Assembly (NCBI GenBank): GCA_048938855.1
Contig: JBHLLT010000004.1
Span: 32,001 to 96,000, forward strand
From: Promethearchaeota archaeon
GTDB lineage: Archaea > Asgardarchaeota > Lokiarchaeia > Sigyniarchaeales > SOKP01
DNA: 64,000 nucleotides
Reading direction: 5' to 3'
Made by a program: the position numbers and the translations under genes. Within the stretch, counting starts at the first letter, position 1. The number at the start of each line of letters is the position of its first letter. The notes beneath the pieces were generated by a model. That model searched no databases. It was given only the letters and a program-made list of their open reading frames with translations, and was not told the origin of the DNA. Of the stretch, positions 20,426-31,178 are shown one piece after another.

Positions 20426-21220
20426 ATGAGTTCAAAAGCAAAGAAAAAAAAACCAAAAGTAAAGAAAGTATCATTCAAGGATAAAAATTGGTACTCTATT
20501 GAAGCCAGTAAAAGCTTTAACTTTAAAAATATCGGAGAAGTTCTTGGTGTGGAAGACACTTTAAGAGGAAGAACAATAGAGGCATTGTTATTTGACTTTA
20601 CTGGTAAATATTCTGATATTAGCTTGAAGCTTAAATTTAGAATCACAGAAGTGAATAGTGAAGCAAGAAAGTGTAAAAGTATTTTTATTGGACATCAATA
20701 TACTAATGATTTTATAAGATCATTGATAGGGAGAGGAAGTACCAGAATACAATCAATTATCAACTTGACTACTAAAGATGGATATATTTTTCGTCTAACT
20801 ATGATATGTACTACTATTAAAAGGGCAAGAAGTAGTCAACAAATCTTAATTAGGAAAATAATTAGAGAAATATTAAGGGAGTTCGCCAAAAGTCTAAATC
20901 ATGAAAAATTTGTAGCAGGTATTATATATGGTGAATTTCAAAATCAAATTCAAAGGGTAGCTAAGACAATATATCCATTATCTAACGCCGTTATTATTAA
21001 GAGTAAGCTTGTATCCATACCCGAAGGAGGTAAAGATATAGAAGTTCCAGATGATCAATTTGAGATTGTAGAAGTTGATATTAAGAGATCAAGAAAGTCT
21101 GAAATCAAAAGATCAGAAAGAATAAATGTTAAAAAACTAGCACAATCTAAACCCAAACCTCCAACGGTCAAAGAAGAAGAGAATTCTCTACTAGATGAGG
21201 AAGAATCAGAGGAGGAATGA
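20426..21220 (+). CDS. rps3ae: 30S ribosomal protein eS1 (S3Ae)
   Basis: K.WY.I.A..F, GR.IE, TTKDGY..R, KTIYPL motifs; follows rps15 as in other archaea; acidic C-terminal extension. Confidence 0.93.
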   Translation: MSSKAKKKKPKVKKVSFKDKNWYSIEASKSFNFKNIGEVLGVEDTLRGRTIEALLFDFTGKYSDISLKLKFRITEVNSEARKCKSIFIGHQYTNDFIRSLIGRGSTRIQSIINLTTKDGYIFRLTMICTTIKRARSSQQILIRKIIREILREFAKSLNHEKFVAGIIYGEFQNQIQRVAKTIYPLSNAVIIKSKLVSIPEGGKDIEVPDDQFEIVEVDIKRSRKSEIKRSERINVKKLAQSKPKPPTVKEEENSLLDEEESEEE

Positions 21221-21327
21221 ATACTTCTAATAATAGAGAATTTTAATTTGTCTAAAACCAACTCTTTTAACTGCTAGTTATTTTTAATAATTGGTATGAC
21301 TTTTTTTAAATTAATTAAATATTGTAA

Positions 21328-23052
21328 ATGATTATTATGTCTTCCCAAGAAGGAAATCGGAATAATCCATATACTTTTGATGATTTTTTATTTGTTAGAA
21401 ACCATTTTAATTACTATAAAGATGATGGCTTTTTACAAGCTCTTGTTAAGAAATATGCCCCTCACGAAGAATATGAAAAAATCGATAGAGATCTCCGAGC
21501 ACTATCTGATTATGTTTCATTTAGATTCCGAGATCTTGCTGATAAAGCAACTGAACTTGAAAACAGGATAAAAGTCACCAAAGTAAAGCATTTTGATGCC
21601 CATAATCATAGAATAGATCGTATTGAAAGATGTTTAGAAACAGAAATCTTAGAGAGAGAAGTATTTAGTCTTGGTCTGTATGATCCTGCCCGGAACTCTG
21701 CTTGGAGTAGATTTGTTAAAATGTTTTTACTCTATGAGAATGGAGAATCAGGTGTAATGTGTCCTGTTGCATGCACTCATGGAGCGGTTGAAATTATGCA
21801 AAAATATGAAGATACATTGAGCCCTGAAGGAAAAGGAATCTTAAAATCTATAAGAGATGGCGAAAATGGAGAATATAAAATTGGAGCTCAATTTGTAAGT
21901 GAGATTCAAGGAGGAAGTGATGTTCCAGCAAATTTAGTTGAAGCAGTATTTGAAAAAGAAGAAGGTATAGATGGAATGTCAAATGTATGGAGGTTGTATG
22001 GTCAAAAATTTTTTTGCTCAGCTACGCAAGCAGATTATGCCGTTGTGACAGCAAAACCAAAAAATAGACCATCTTCTACTAGAGTTGCTGCATTTGTAGT
22101 GCCTTCGTGGCTACCAAGGAATAAGGAAAAAGAAATTAGAAATTCTTATACTATTGATAGATTAAAACAAAAACTTGGAACTGCGGAATTACCTACAGCA
22201 GAGATTACATATAATGGAGCTGTTGCATATCCTATAGGTCCTCTAGAGAAAGGATTAGCAGATATCGTAGGAATTGTTCTATCATTATCTAGACTCCATG
22301 TAGCTTTTGGAATGGCAGCAAGTGCTTTAAGAGTTGCTAGGGAAGCAATTTTATATTCACAATTTAGAAATGCTTTTAATATACCAATATCTTCATTTCC
22401 AATGATGATAAATCAAATTAATGAAGTAGATCTATTTGCTAAAAGATCATCTGCAGCTGCGTTCAAGATATATTCTGAATATATCCACTTTAATGAAGAA
22501 CTTATTAGTGGAATAAGAGATTTGGAAATGATTGGAGATATTGAAGAACGTAAACGTCGATTTAGATTACGAGAATTAATAATGCTTCAAAAGATTGTTG
22601 TAGCTGATGAAGCTCCAGCTATGATACGAAAAGCTATTTCATTTTATGGAGGACATGGTATAATGGAAGACTTTTTATCATTTCCACGTCTCCACAGAGA
22701 TTCTATGATTATGGAGTTATGGGAGGGACCTAGAAATGTACTACTTACTCAAATTCATCGAGATTTTTCGAGAGTAAAAGATTGGTATCCTGCTGATGAA
22801 TTTTGTAGAGATTTATTAGATGGAGCAAATTCAGATATTATTGATGAGTATTCAGTAGAATTTAATAGGATAATGTCTCATGATAATCTTCTAAGGAATG
22901 ATGAAAAAACCTTAGCAGTCTGTAAAGATTGGGAATATTTTTCTACTAAACTATTTAATGCTTATCAAGATCAGGCATTAAAGGAACTTGATTATACTGG
23001 TAAACCTTTGAAATTTTCCAAAATACTTCGTGAATTTAGGAAAAGAGAATAA
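21328..23052 (+). CDS. Acyl-CoA dehydrogenase (AidB-like)
   Basis: SEIQGGSDV, LYGQKFFCS, RLKQKLGT..LPTAE, GGHG..E, WEGPRN. Confidence 0.9.
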   Translation: MIIMSSQEGNRNNPYTFDDFLFVRNHFNYYKDDGFLQALVKKYAPHEEYEKIDRDLRALSDYVSFRFRDLADKATELENRIKVTKVKHFDAHNHRIDRIERCLETEILEREVFSLGLYDPARNSAWSRFVKMFLLYENGESGVMCPVACTHGAVEIMQKYEDTLSPEGKGILKSIRDGENGEYKIGAQFVSEIQGGSDVPANLVEAVFEKEEGIDGMSNVWRLYGQKFFCSATQADYAVVTAKPKNRPSSTRVAAFVVPSWLPRNKEKEIRNSYTIDRLKQKLGTAELPTAEITYNGAVAYPIGPLEKGLADIVGIVLSLSRLHVAFGMAASALRVAREAILYSQFRNAFNIPISSFPMMINQINEVDLFAKRSSAAAFKIYSEYIHFNEELISGIRDLEMIGDIEERKRRFRLRELIMLQKIVVADEAPAMIRKAISFYGGHGIMEDFLSFPRLHRDSMIMELWEGPRNVLLTQIHRDFSRVKDWYPADEFCRDLLDGANSDIIDEYSVEFNRIMSHDNLLRNDEKTLAVCKDWEYFSTKLFNAYQDQALKELDYTGKPLKFSKILREFRKRE

Positions 23053-23108
23053 CCGAAATTTCAAGAAGAAATAGCAATTCAAAAATAATGACCACAAATA
23101 AAACAAAT

Positions 23109-24401
23109 TTAAAAGCGATTTATTTCTTTTTTTAAATTTCCAGCAGAATCTTGATAAAAAAGCGAATTTGGGGGTACATCCTCATTTATTAGCGTATGTG
23201 CGCCGATAACAGAATTTTCACCTATTTTTTTTCCACACATAATACTAGCATTTATACCTGTCTGAGAATTAGGACCAATTATTGCACCGAGTTTTCTTCT
23301 GCCAGAATCAACGAATTTTTCTTTAATTTTCATTTTTATAGTTTGATTATCGAATCTTAAATTTGATATTTTAGTACCTGCTCCGAGATTTACATTTTCG
23401 CATACAATAGAATCTCCTATATAATTATAATGTGGAATAGAAGAATTAGATAAAATGATAGAATTTTTTATTTCTGACATCCCTATATGACAATTATCTT
23501 CAACCGAAGTATATGGACGTAAAAATGCATTTGGCCCTATTAAATTCTTTTCTCCTATATAACATGGTCCTTGAATATAAGTACCGGATTTAACAGTAGT
23601 GTCTTTACCTATATAGACATTACCATGAATATTAACGTTTTCTTCGATCTCTCCAAATTTTTGAGTTTTGATACCATCTAAGAGAAACTTATTTGCCTCA
23701 AATAGTTGCCATGGTAATCCAATATCACTCCAAAAATAATTATGAATATTAGCACCAATAATCTTTGCACCAAACTCCTTAATTAGTATTTGCATAGAAT
23801 CAGTAAATTCATATTCATTTCTAATAGATTTTTGGGTTTTTTCAATAGCTTTAAAAATCAATGGTTTGAATAAGTATATTCCAGCATTTGCTAAATTCCC
23901 AGCATTTTGGTTTGGTAAAGGTTTTTCAATTATTTCTTCCACGAGTTCTTTAGAATTTATTTTGATAATTCCATAATCTTGTGGATTTTCTACTTCTATT
24001 AAAGTGATTAATCCCTCATATTCTTGTTCTTTGTATTTTTGTATTATAATCTTAAAGATTTCTGGATCAACAAATAAATCTCCATACATCATTAAAAAAT
24101 CTTCATCTTTAATAAAATCTCTTGCATATCCTGCTGCGTGAGCGGTTCCTAAATATTCCTCCTGAGAGATATAATCTATTTTCACATCTAGTTGGCTTAA
24201 CGCTTTCTGAAAATGGTTTTTAATTAATTCCTGTTTATATCCTACAATAAGTAGAAATTGATCAATACCTGCATTCTTAAGCCCTATGATTGTATGTTCT
24301 AAGAGTGGTTTACCTAATAATGGTATCATAGGTTTAGGTTTTAATGAGGTTATGGGTCTTAATCTCTTCCCTTCTCCGGCAGCTAATATTACGGCTTTCA
24401 T
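23109..24401 (-). CDS. glmU: Bifunctional sugar-1-phosphate nucleotidyltransferase/acetyltransferase (archaeal GlmU)
   Basis: ILAAGEGKRLRP..PKP; hexapeptide LbH repeats; H.NYIGDS; SGRRKLGA. Confidence 0.88.
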   Translation of the reverse strand: MKAVILAAGEGKRLRPITSLKPKPMIPLLGKPLLEHTIIGLKNAGIDQFLLIVGYKQELIKNHFQKALSQLDVKIDYISQEEYLGTAHAAGYARDFIKDEDFLMMYGDLFVDPEIFKIIIQKYKEQEYEGLITLIEVENPQDYGIIKINSKELVEEIIEKPLPNQNAGNLANAGIYLFKPLIFKAIEKTQKSIRNEYEFTDSMQILIKEFGAKIIGANIHNYFWSDIGLPWQLFEANKFLLDGIKTQKFGEIEENVNIHGNVYIGKDTTVKSGTYIQGPCYIGEKNLIGPNAFLRPYTSVEDNCHIGMSEIKNSIILSNSSIPHYNYIGDSIVCENVNLGAGTKISNLRFDNQTIKMKIKEKFVDSGRRKLGAIIGPNSQTGINASIMCGKKIGENSVIGAHTLINEDVPPNSLFYQDSAGNLKKEINRF

Positions 24402-24426
24402 GAAACTTATTTAAGAATATATTAAT

Positions 24427-25335
24427 TTAATTAATTTGGTCAAAATCTTGTACAACTTCATCAAGATAATATTTTAAATGCTTATAAGGCCTTAAATCTC
24501 CCACAAATTCTTCCCTAAAAGCGGAATCCAAAGATAATTTAGACTTAAATTGTTTAAAAATTGTTTTTACTTTATAAAAATTTCCAGTAGCAATAAAATC
24601 TACTGAATAACCATTAATATTGCCAAACAATATTATTTTTTTATTATTATTTTCTTGAACTTTTTCAGTATCTTCAATGTGAATTTCTTTAATTCTTGTT
24701 TTAGTACGAATTTGGGTATTCATTGAGATTGTAGCTAATTTAGCAGATAAATCTGAACTATATAATTCAATATTTTCAGTAGTTTTATCTCTATTTAAAT
24801 GTGTTAAAAGATCGCTATCAAAGAGTTGAGAAACAAGTGGTAGACCTTGAGTAGATATTCCGGCATATAAGATGGCATTTTGTCCGTTATTATAAGATTT
24901 TTCATAGATAATTTCTTCCTCTAATGAATCTATATACTTATCTCTCAAATAGTCTGTAATAAGTTTTATAACATCCTTAAAAGTTGGTTCCTCAGAAGAA
25001 AATTTCAACCTATCTAAATCATTATATTGAACTTGAACCTGTTTGCCAAAATCTTCTAACATTTTAAAAGTTTGTGTTGATCCAACAGCAAAATCACCAA
25101 TACTACAGAAAAATAAATTCTGACCAGCTTTAGTAACCATGTGTTCAACTATAATTCTTTCTCTCTTTAACTTTTTATGTTGTAAACCAATTTTCCTTAA
25201 TCGCCATGTATTATTGGGATTAAGAGTCCTTAAGAGCTTTTCAACAAATAACACAATCTCAAATGCATTGTATTTTTTTTCGTCTGAACAATAAAGTATA
25301 TCATTCTCCAAAATGATGCTGAAAGAAGAGATCAT
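24427..25335 (-). CDS. Tandem longin/profilin-like domain protein
   Basis: Two beta-beta-alpha-beta units (ISSFSIILENDILY...; LYAGISTQGLPLVS...SAKLATI) resembling longin folds; pattern-based only. Confidence 0.45.
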   Translation of the reverse strand: MISSFSIILENDILYCSDEKKYNAFEIVLFVEKLLRTLNPNNTWRLRKIGLQHKKLKRERIIVEHMVTKAGQNLFFCSIGDFAVGSTQTFKMLEDFGKQVQVQYNDLDRLKFSSEEPTFKDVIKLITDYLRDKYIDSLEEEIIYEKSYNNGQNAILYAGISTQGLPLVSQLFDSDLLTHLNRDKTTENIELYSSDLSAKLATISMNTQIRTKTRIKEIHIEDTEKVQENNNKKIILFGNINGYSVDFIATGNFYKVKTIFKQFKSKLSLDSAFREEFVGDLRPYKHLKYYLDEVVQDFDQIN

Positions 25336-25535
25336 GAGGGGGGGCTTTTAAGTAGGTAGAAGATCAATTAAACATCTCTTATTATACTAAAAATTATTTG
25401 ATATATTAAGTTTTTTTGATTTATGTTTATAAAATTTGCACAAATTCTTAAAGATTATAAAGATTAAAACTATAAGTATAAATTTTATTAGAATTGAATG
25501 CATTACAAAGTTAAATAGTATTATACATTATAGAA

Positions 25536-26342
25536 ATGAATAAATTAAAACCAAAAGAGAAAGAAGGCATTAGGAAAGCCGCGGATTTACTATTTAATTC
25601 AAATTTTGCGATTGTATTAACGGGAGCAGGGATTTCAACTGAAAGCGGCATCCCGGATTTTCGAGGTCCAGACGGTATATGGAAAAAATATAAACCTGAG
25701 ATATATGGAAGTTTTCAAGCATTCTTAACTGATCCTTCAAAATTTTGGAAAATGGCAGAAAAAATTGCTCCTACTTTATTTAATGCAAAACCGAACCCAG
25801 GTCATTATGCGATAGCAGAACTTGAAAGATTAAACATAATTAAAGCCGTTGTTACCCAAAATGTTGATGAATTACACCAAAAAGCAGGAAATGTTATTGT
25901 GTATGAAGTTCATGGAAGTATAAATAGATTTACGTGCCTAGGGTGTCGTGCAAGTTATACTAAGGAACAAATAATGCGAAAACTTAAAAAAGAGAAAAAA
26001 GGAACTCCAGGATGTAATTATTGTGGAGCTCCACTTAAACCTTCAGCAGTGTTATTTGGCGAAGCGCTTCCTAATTTTGAAAAGTATATGTCAATTGATT
26101 TAGCAAAAAAGTCTGAGGTCATGTTAATAGCAGGTTCTTCTCTCTCTGTTGCACCCATATGTGATTTACCATTATACACTCTGAGTGAAGGAGGAAAATT
26201 AATTATTGTTAATGATGAGCCTACAGATTTAGATGAAAGAGCGGAAATTGTTATTAATAATAAAACTGGTATCGTTCTACCATTAATAGTGGAAGAAATT
26301 AAGAAGATTATTATCGAAAATGAATCAAATAAAAAAAATTGA
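25536..26342 (+). CDS. cobB: Sir2-family NAD-dependent protein deacylase
   Basis: GAGISTESGIPDFRG, TQNVD.LH, HGS, CxxC...CxxC, GSSL.V.P. Confidence 0.95.
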   Translation: MNKLKPKEKEGIRKAADLLFNSNFAIVLTGAGISTESGIPDFRGPDGIWKKYKPEIYGSFQAFLTDPSKFWKMAEKIAPTLFNAKPNPGHYAIAELERLNIIKAVVTQNVDELHQKAGNVIVYEVHGSINRFTCLGCRASYTKEQIMRKLKKEKKGTPGCNYCGAPLKPSAVLFGEALPNFEKYMSIDLAKKSEVMLIAGSSLSVAPICDLPLYTLSEGGKLIIVNDEPTDLDERAEIVINNKTGIVLPLIVEEIKKIIIENESNKKN

Positions 26343-26378
26343 TTTATTGTTAATAAAAAAATTATAAGTTTTTTTCAG

Positions 26379-27968
26379 ATGAATACTGAAAACGTAATTA
26401 TTAAAGACTGGCGAAAAGTTGATTTTTCTTTTGGTTTAATTTACCCTAATGTCCAAAAACTTGGAATGTCATCATACGCCATTAGACTTCTCTATGATCT
26501 TATAAATTCCTTTGAAAATATTGCTTGTGAACGTTTTTTTATACCAGAAAATATAAAATTGAAATATCCAGCGTCCATAGATTTTTCTTCTAAGAATAAT
26601 TTGCGTTCACTTGAAAATAATATATTGCCTATAGAATTTGATATTTTAGGTTTCTCAGTACATTTTGAAAACGATTTTAAAAATATATTGTGGATATTAG
26701 AAAAGGCTGAGATTCCAATAACCTCTCAAGATCGTTTAAGTATTTCAAATGAAAGTAGCAAACAATATCCAATTATAATTGGAGGGGGTCCAGTTATTAC
26801 TTCTAATCCGATTCCTTTTAGTAAATATTTTGATATTTTATTCATTGGGGATGCAGAGGAGAGTCTTAAGTCATTTTTTAATATTTTTCACCAATATAAA
26901 AAAGGAGATTTAAAATTTGAAGAATTTTTAGGAAGACTTATATTAATTGAAGGAATTTACATTCCGGCTATTAAGAATAAGATTAATAGAGCTGTTATTA
27001 AAAATCTTGATAGTTCACCTACTCCTACTTTTCAACTGATTTCTAAATCTTCTGAAAAAAAAACTGTCTTTGAGGCTAATTTTTTCATTGAAATTAATAG
27101 AGGATGTCCTTATCAATGTAAATTCTGTATAAGTTCTTTTCATAATTCACCATTCAGAAACAGGAGTTTTGAGAATATTAAGAAAACTATTGACGATGGA
27201 ATAAAAAATTCGAATTTTGATACAATTACCCTTATAGGTTCCTGTGTATCTTCACATCCTAAATTTAAGGAGATTTGTGAATATATAGTGAATAAAAGAA
27301 AAAGATTAACACTGCCTTCCATCCGGATTGAACATTTAAATGCCGATATAATTAAAGTCTTAGAAAAGGCAAATATTAAAACTATTACACTCGCTCCAGA
27401 AGCAGGTTCTGAAAGTTTGAGATTTGGTGTTGGAAAGAGAATAACAGATGAGAAAATTATTTCTGTATTAACTCAAATTAGAAATTCTCAAATTAAAAAT
27501 GTAAAATTATACTTTTTGATAGGATTACCCGGAGAAAAGGAGGAAAATATTGCTGATATTATTAATTTATTAATATCTTTTGATAATTTAGGTTTTGAAA
27601 GAGACTCTTTAAGAGTAAATATTAATCCATTTGTACCAAAACTTAATACCCCTTATGGAAAAGAAATCTATTATTATTTGACGGAAAAATCCCATGAACT
27701 ACTAAAAAAATATCAGATATTACAAAAACAATTGAAGAATGTTAGTTCAATAAAACTCAAATTTAAAAATTTTAAATCAATCATTAAAAATGCTAGACTT
27801 CAAACAATTATATCGTTAGGAGATGAACAAATTTCTGATCTACTATTATATTATTATAATTTTGGAGCTACTTTTTCTTCACTTGAAAAAGCTGAAAAAG
27901 AATTGAATTTCTCAATTAATGATTATTTATTAAAAATTAAAGAATCTTATTCTCCGTGGATAATTTAA
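26379..27968 (+). CDS. B12-binding radical SAM protein
   Basis: RGCPYQCKFC (CxxxCxxC); IGGGP...NP; APEAGSE.LR; YFLIGLPGE. Confidence 0.88.
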   Translation: MNTENVIIKDWRKVDFSFGLIYPNVQKLGMSSYAIRLLYDLINSFENIACERFFIPENIKLKYPASIDFSSKNNLRSLENNILPIEFDILGFSVHFENDFKNILWILEKAEIPITSQDRLSISNESSKQYPIIIGGGPVITSNPIPFSKYFDILFIGDAEESLKSFFNIFHQYKKGDLKFEEFLGRLILIEGIYIPAIKNKINRAVIKNLDSSPTPTFQLISKSSEKKTVFEANFFIEINRGCPYQCKFCISSFHNSPFRNRSFENIKKTIDDGIKNSNFDTITLIGSCVSSHPKFKEICEYIVNKRKRLTLPSIRIEHLNADIIKVLEKANIKTITLAPEAGSESLRFGVGKRITDEKIISVLTQIRNSQIKNVKLYFLIGLPGEKEENIADIINLLISFDNLGFERDSLRVNINPFVPKLNTPYGKEIYYYLTEKSHELLKKYQILQKQLKNVSSIKLKFKNFKSIIKNARLQTIISLGDEQISDLLLYYYNFGATFSSLEKAEKELNFSINDYLLKIKESYSPWII

Positions 27969-28000
27969 ATTTAAATTATGAATAAAAAAAGAAAAAGAAA

Positions 28001-28504
28001 TTATTCAATTTTTCTAAATACTTTCTTAGCTGCTCCACAGACAGGGCATTTATCAGGTAGGTTTCCTTCGTGAGTGTAACCACAAACTGGGCATATATAT
28101 ATATCCCCTTTCTCTAAATCTTTACCTTTTTCTATAGATTCAAGTGCTGCATTGTATAATTTGTGATGGACTTTTTCTACTTCATTAGCATAATTGAATG
28201 TTCTTTCTGCATCTTTATTTCCCTCAGTTTTCGCTGCTTCTAAAAATTCAGGATACATCTTTGTAAATTCATAATGCTCACCTTCTATTGCGGCTTGAAC
28301 ATTCTCTTTTGTAGATTTGATTCCTCCAAGAACTCTAAGATGATTATGAGCATGAACGGTCTCTGCAGCGGCGGCAGCTCTAAACACTTTTGCTATTTGA
28401 GGAAAGCCCTCTTTATCAGCTTTTTCAGCAAACGCTAGATATTTGCGGTTAGCTTGTGACTCTCCTGCAAACGCTTCTTTTAAACCTTCTTCTGTTTTTG
28501 ACAT
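28001..28504 (-). CDS. rbr: Rubrerythrin
   Basis: AFAGESQA, E..HA, GE.YE, EKVH di-iron motifs plus C-terminal CPVCG...CPVCG. Confidence 0.95.
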   Translation of the reverse strand: MSKTEEGLKEAFAGESQANRKYLAFAEKADKEGFPQIAKVFRAAAAAETVHAHNHLRVLGGIKSTKENVQAAIEGEHYEFTKMYPEFLEAAKTEGNKDAERTFNYANEVEKVHHKLYNAALESIEKGKDLEKGDIYICPVCGYTHEGNLPDKCPVCGAAKKVFRKIE

Positions 28505-28658
28505 AAATTTTCACAATATCGAAAATTATTTGATAGAATTTATTTTTAGGTATTTTTTAATTTAATTTTTATAAATCATTAATTAGATTTATAGTAAAAT
28601 ATTTCTGGATAGTTATAAAATATAAGATTGGAATAAAATATCTAAAAATTCTTTTGTT

Positions 28659-29462
28659 TTACTCTTTAGAGAGAAGATTTTTAACAGAATCTACAATACG
28701 AGTTAAGTAATGTTCCGCTACTCCAAATCTTACATGGGAGTTAAAAACTAGGATTATGAAATATTTATTCTGAACATATTCTGAAAATATAAATTTTTTA
28801 TCTTTGAATGTGTAAAAAAGTTTTAAAATAGAGTTATTGTAGATTTTAACCCTAAAATCAACCTCCTTTAGAAAATTCTTTAAATAAGCTTTGTTATAGG
28901 ATGAATATAATACTTTTCCTCTATCTGTTAAAAGAATAGCTCCATCAATAGAATCAATTAATATTAATTCTTTCATATAATTTATTATTTGTTCCTCCGT
29001 TTTTAAATTAAACTCATTACTAAAGGCATCTTCAATGGTTTCCTCAATAATTTCATTGAATACTCCATCATACACGATTTGTTTATTTATATTGATCTTT
29101 TTTTTCTGTAAATATGCAGTAAGGCGATTATCGATTTTGTTTACTGCTTCCTCTAAAAAAACTTCATTTTCAATCGTATCACATAATACATTATAATTTA
29201 AAGCACGCTTTTCGAAAATAACAAATTTTACATCTCCCATTTCTATCATCTTAAACTTCTTTCCAATCATTTCTTTTGAAAAGGACATCAAAGCTGTAAT
29301 AAATGGAGAAACTAAGTTTTTTTCTACTTGAAAATAGTCTGTAAAACTCTTACCATAAAAGCAAATACCAGATTTATTATAGATAAACAAATTGTGAATA
29401 TTTGTATTTTCATATGATCTTTTAATCATTGAAGGTAAAGATAGTCTATCTTCTATTCCCAT
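28659..29462 (-). CDS. Longin-domain protein fused to a roadblock/profilin-like domain
   Basis: N-terminal LFIYNKSGICFY...LVSPFITALMSFSKE (longin); C-terminal IDGAILLTDRGKVLYS (roadblock-like). Confidence 0.6.
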   Translation of the reverse strand: MGIEDRLSLPSMIKRSYENTNIHNLFIYNKSGICFYGKSFTDYFQVEKNLVSPFITALMSFSKEMIGKKFKMIEMGDVKFVIFEKRALNYNVLCDTIENEVFLEEAVNKIDNRLTAYLQKKKININKQIVYDGVFNEIIEETIEDAFSNEFNLKTEEQIINYMKELILIDSIDGAILLTDRGKVLYSSYNKAYLKNFLKEVDFRVKIYNNSILKLFYTFKDKKFIFSEYVQNKYFIILVFNSHVRFGVAEHYLTRIVDSVKNLLSKE

Positions 29463-29604
29463 GATATAAGATTTAAAAATAACTATAAAAAGAACAGACT
29501 TTTAGGAGCATCTACCTTTTAACATTTGTTGTTTATTTAAATAATGCTCTTTTTTCTCTATATAGTTAATAAACAAATCAATCAAACGCGTAAATATAAA
29601 AAAT

Positions 29605-29910
29605 GAAAGTGGGAGTAAGATAATCATTAAACCAAACTTTCGTTTTTTAATTAGCGCCTTTAAACCTTAATATGTAGTCAAAATCAATAGTGTTTATTTT
29701 TCCATCCAAATCAAATTCATAAAAGTGCCAGAATATGCCTTCAAAACTCCCAAAATTTTCAAGTAAGTTAAAGCTTTTTGGAATGTCGATATCTAATAGA
29801 TTACTATCATCTATGGAGTGGTTATTTGGAGAGTACCATTTATAAACAACACCTAGATTATCATGATCAGGTTTACATTTCCATTTTCCATTAAGAGAAA
29901 TTACTTTCAT
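29605..29910 (-). pseudogene. Remnant of a GH2 (beta-glucuronidase/galactosidase) gene
   Basis: ISLNGKW..., IP.SFN, GIFW, LRFKGAN*KTKVWFN: a TAA sits where GH2 has Tyr (GANY.T.VW.NG). Similarity continues a few codons past the stop and the catalytic barrel is absent. Confidence 0.75.
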
Positions 29911-30168
29911 TAAAAATTTCCTAATTTTTCGTTTAGATCAGTAATTTCCAATTCGAGATATAATATATCTTACTAAATTTATTATCAGTTTTAAAATATA
30001 CGCCAGATTTTACCTATTTTCAATAATACAAAATTTGCATTTAGAGGGTGTTTATTCATCATTTAAGATGATCTAACCTTAAAGTTTAAAAGGGAGTTTG
30101 TAGGAATAATATTTAAAATATAATTTTATTTAAAATATTTTTAAATACTTATAGGAGGAATAATAAAA

Positions 30169-30369
30169 ATGGCTAAAAAAGCAGCAGCTACAGAAGCTCT
30201 TTTTGTAAAAAGCAAAGTAAGAGAATATATTAAAAGCAAAGGATGCAACACAAGTGGAGATTTAATTGACGGTCCTGCACTTAACAATGCTATCATTAAT
30301 GTTCTCGACAAAGCTATTGGAAGAGCTAAAGCTAATAATAGGAAAACTGTACAAGAGAAGGATCTATAA
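30169..30369 (+). CDS. Short histone-fold protein (truncated-alpha3, face-to-face/bacterial-dimer-like type)
   Basis: LFVKSKVREYIK...LDKAIGRAKANNRKTVQEKDL contains the RxTxxxxD motif and ends right after it; strong SD GGAGG. Confidence 0.8.
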   Translation: MAKKAAATEALFVKSKVREYIKSKGCNTSGDLIDGPALNNAIINVLDKAIGRAKANNRKTVQEKDL

Positions 30370-30622
30370 ACTTCTCATCCTAAGAGTTATTATTTTTTTT
30401 CATACTTTATTTTATTTTTTCTGTTGTTAAATAAAAATTACAAATTTTATACTCTTTTTATGTTTAAATTACTGAAAAGAGATGTTCTAATCACGAACAC
30501 ACAACCCACAAATAGTAAATAAAGAATAAAAATTCCAACCCAAATCGCCTTATATCTTATTCTCTTTCTCGAGAAAATGGAATTTTTTATTCTTATTTCT
30601 CTTCTTACTTATCAAATATCAT

Positions 30623-31144
30623 TTATACTTCAGCAAACTCTTTATCGATAATAAAAAATCCTATTGATAATATACTTTTTAATTTCTGAAGATCATCTTT
30701 CAATTTTTTTACTCGTTCAAATGAACCAGATACAGCAATTATTTCTAAGCATTTTTCATATTCTAGATGTACGTGCATTGTAGAAATAATGATATCATGA
30801 AAATGATGCTGTATGTCATTTTTCAAGATTTCATCTGTTTGTTGGACATTTGCATAAATAGATCTTGAACTATAATCATGATTATGTTCAGCATCGTGTA
30901 TTTTTTCATGGGAGTGTGGAGTATTAAGTTCAACATGTTCATGAGTCATTATTAAAGCAATACATCCAACTACATTTTCTGATACTACAGAGATATTTTC
31001 TTCTTGGACCATAAAAAGATACATAGCTTTCCTAATAGCATCGGATCTCGAGATTCCTAATTTATTTCTGAATTCCTCAAATTTATTATATAGATTTTGA
31101 GGAAGAGAAACTGTAAATCTTTTGTATTCTTCCATTTTAAGCAA
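30623..31144 (-). CDS. nikR: Nickel-responsive regulator NikR with His-rich insertion
   Basis: RHH domain RFTVSLP...SRSDAIR; metal site HVHL...CLE. Confidence 0.88.
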   Translation of the reverse strand: MLKMEEYKRFTVSLPQNLYNKFEEFRNKLGISRSDAIRKAMYLFMVQEENISVVSENVVGCIALIMTHEHVELNTPHSHEKIHDAEHNHDYSSRSIYANVQQTDEILKNDIQHHFHDIIISTMHVHLEYEKCLEIIAVSGSFERVKKLKDDLQKLKSILSIGFFIIDKEFAEV

Positions 31145-31178
31145 CCAATAATATATAAAATTAAAGTGAAATAAAAAT

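Noticed and set aside
29605-29910. Stop readthrough or a hidden intron in the GH2 fragment
   Set aside because: The stop is a single-codon TAA substitution with no insert or BHB, and the rest of the enzyme is missing. An ordinary pseudogene.
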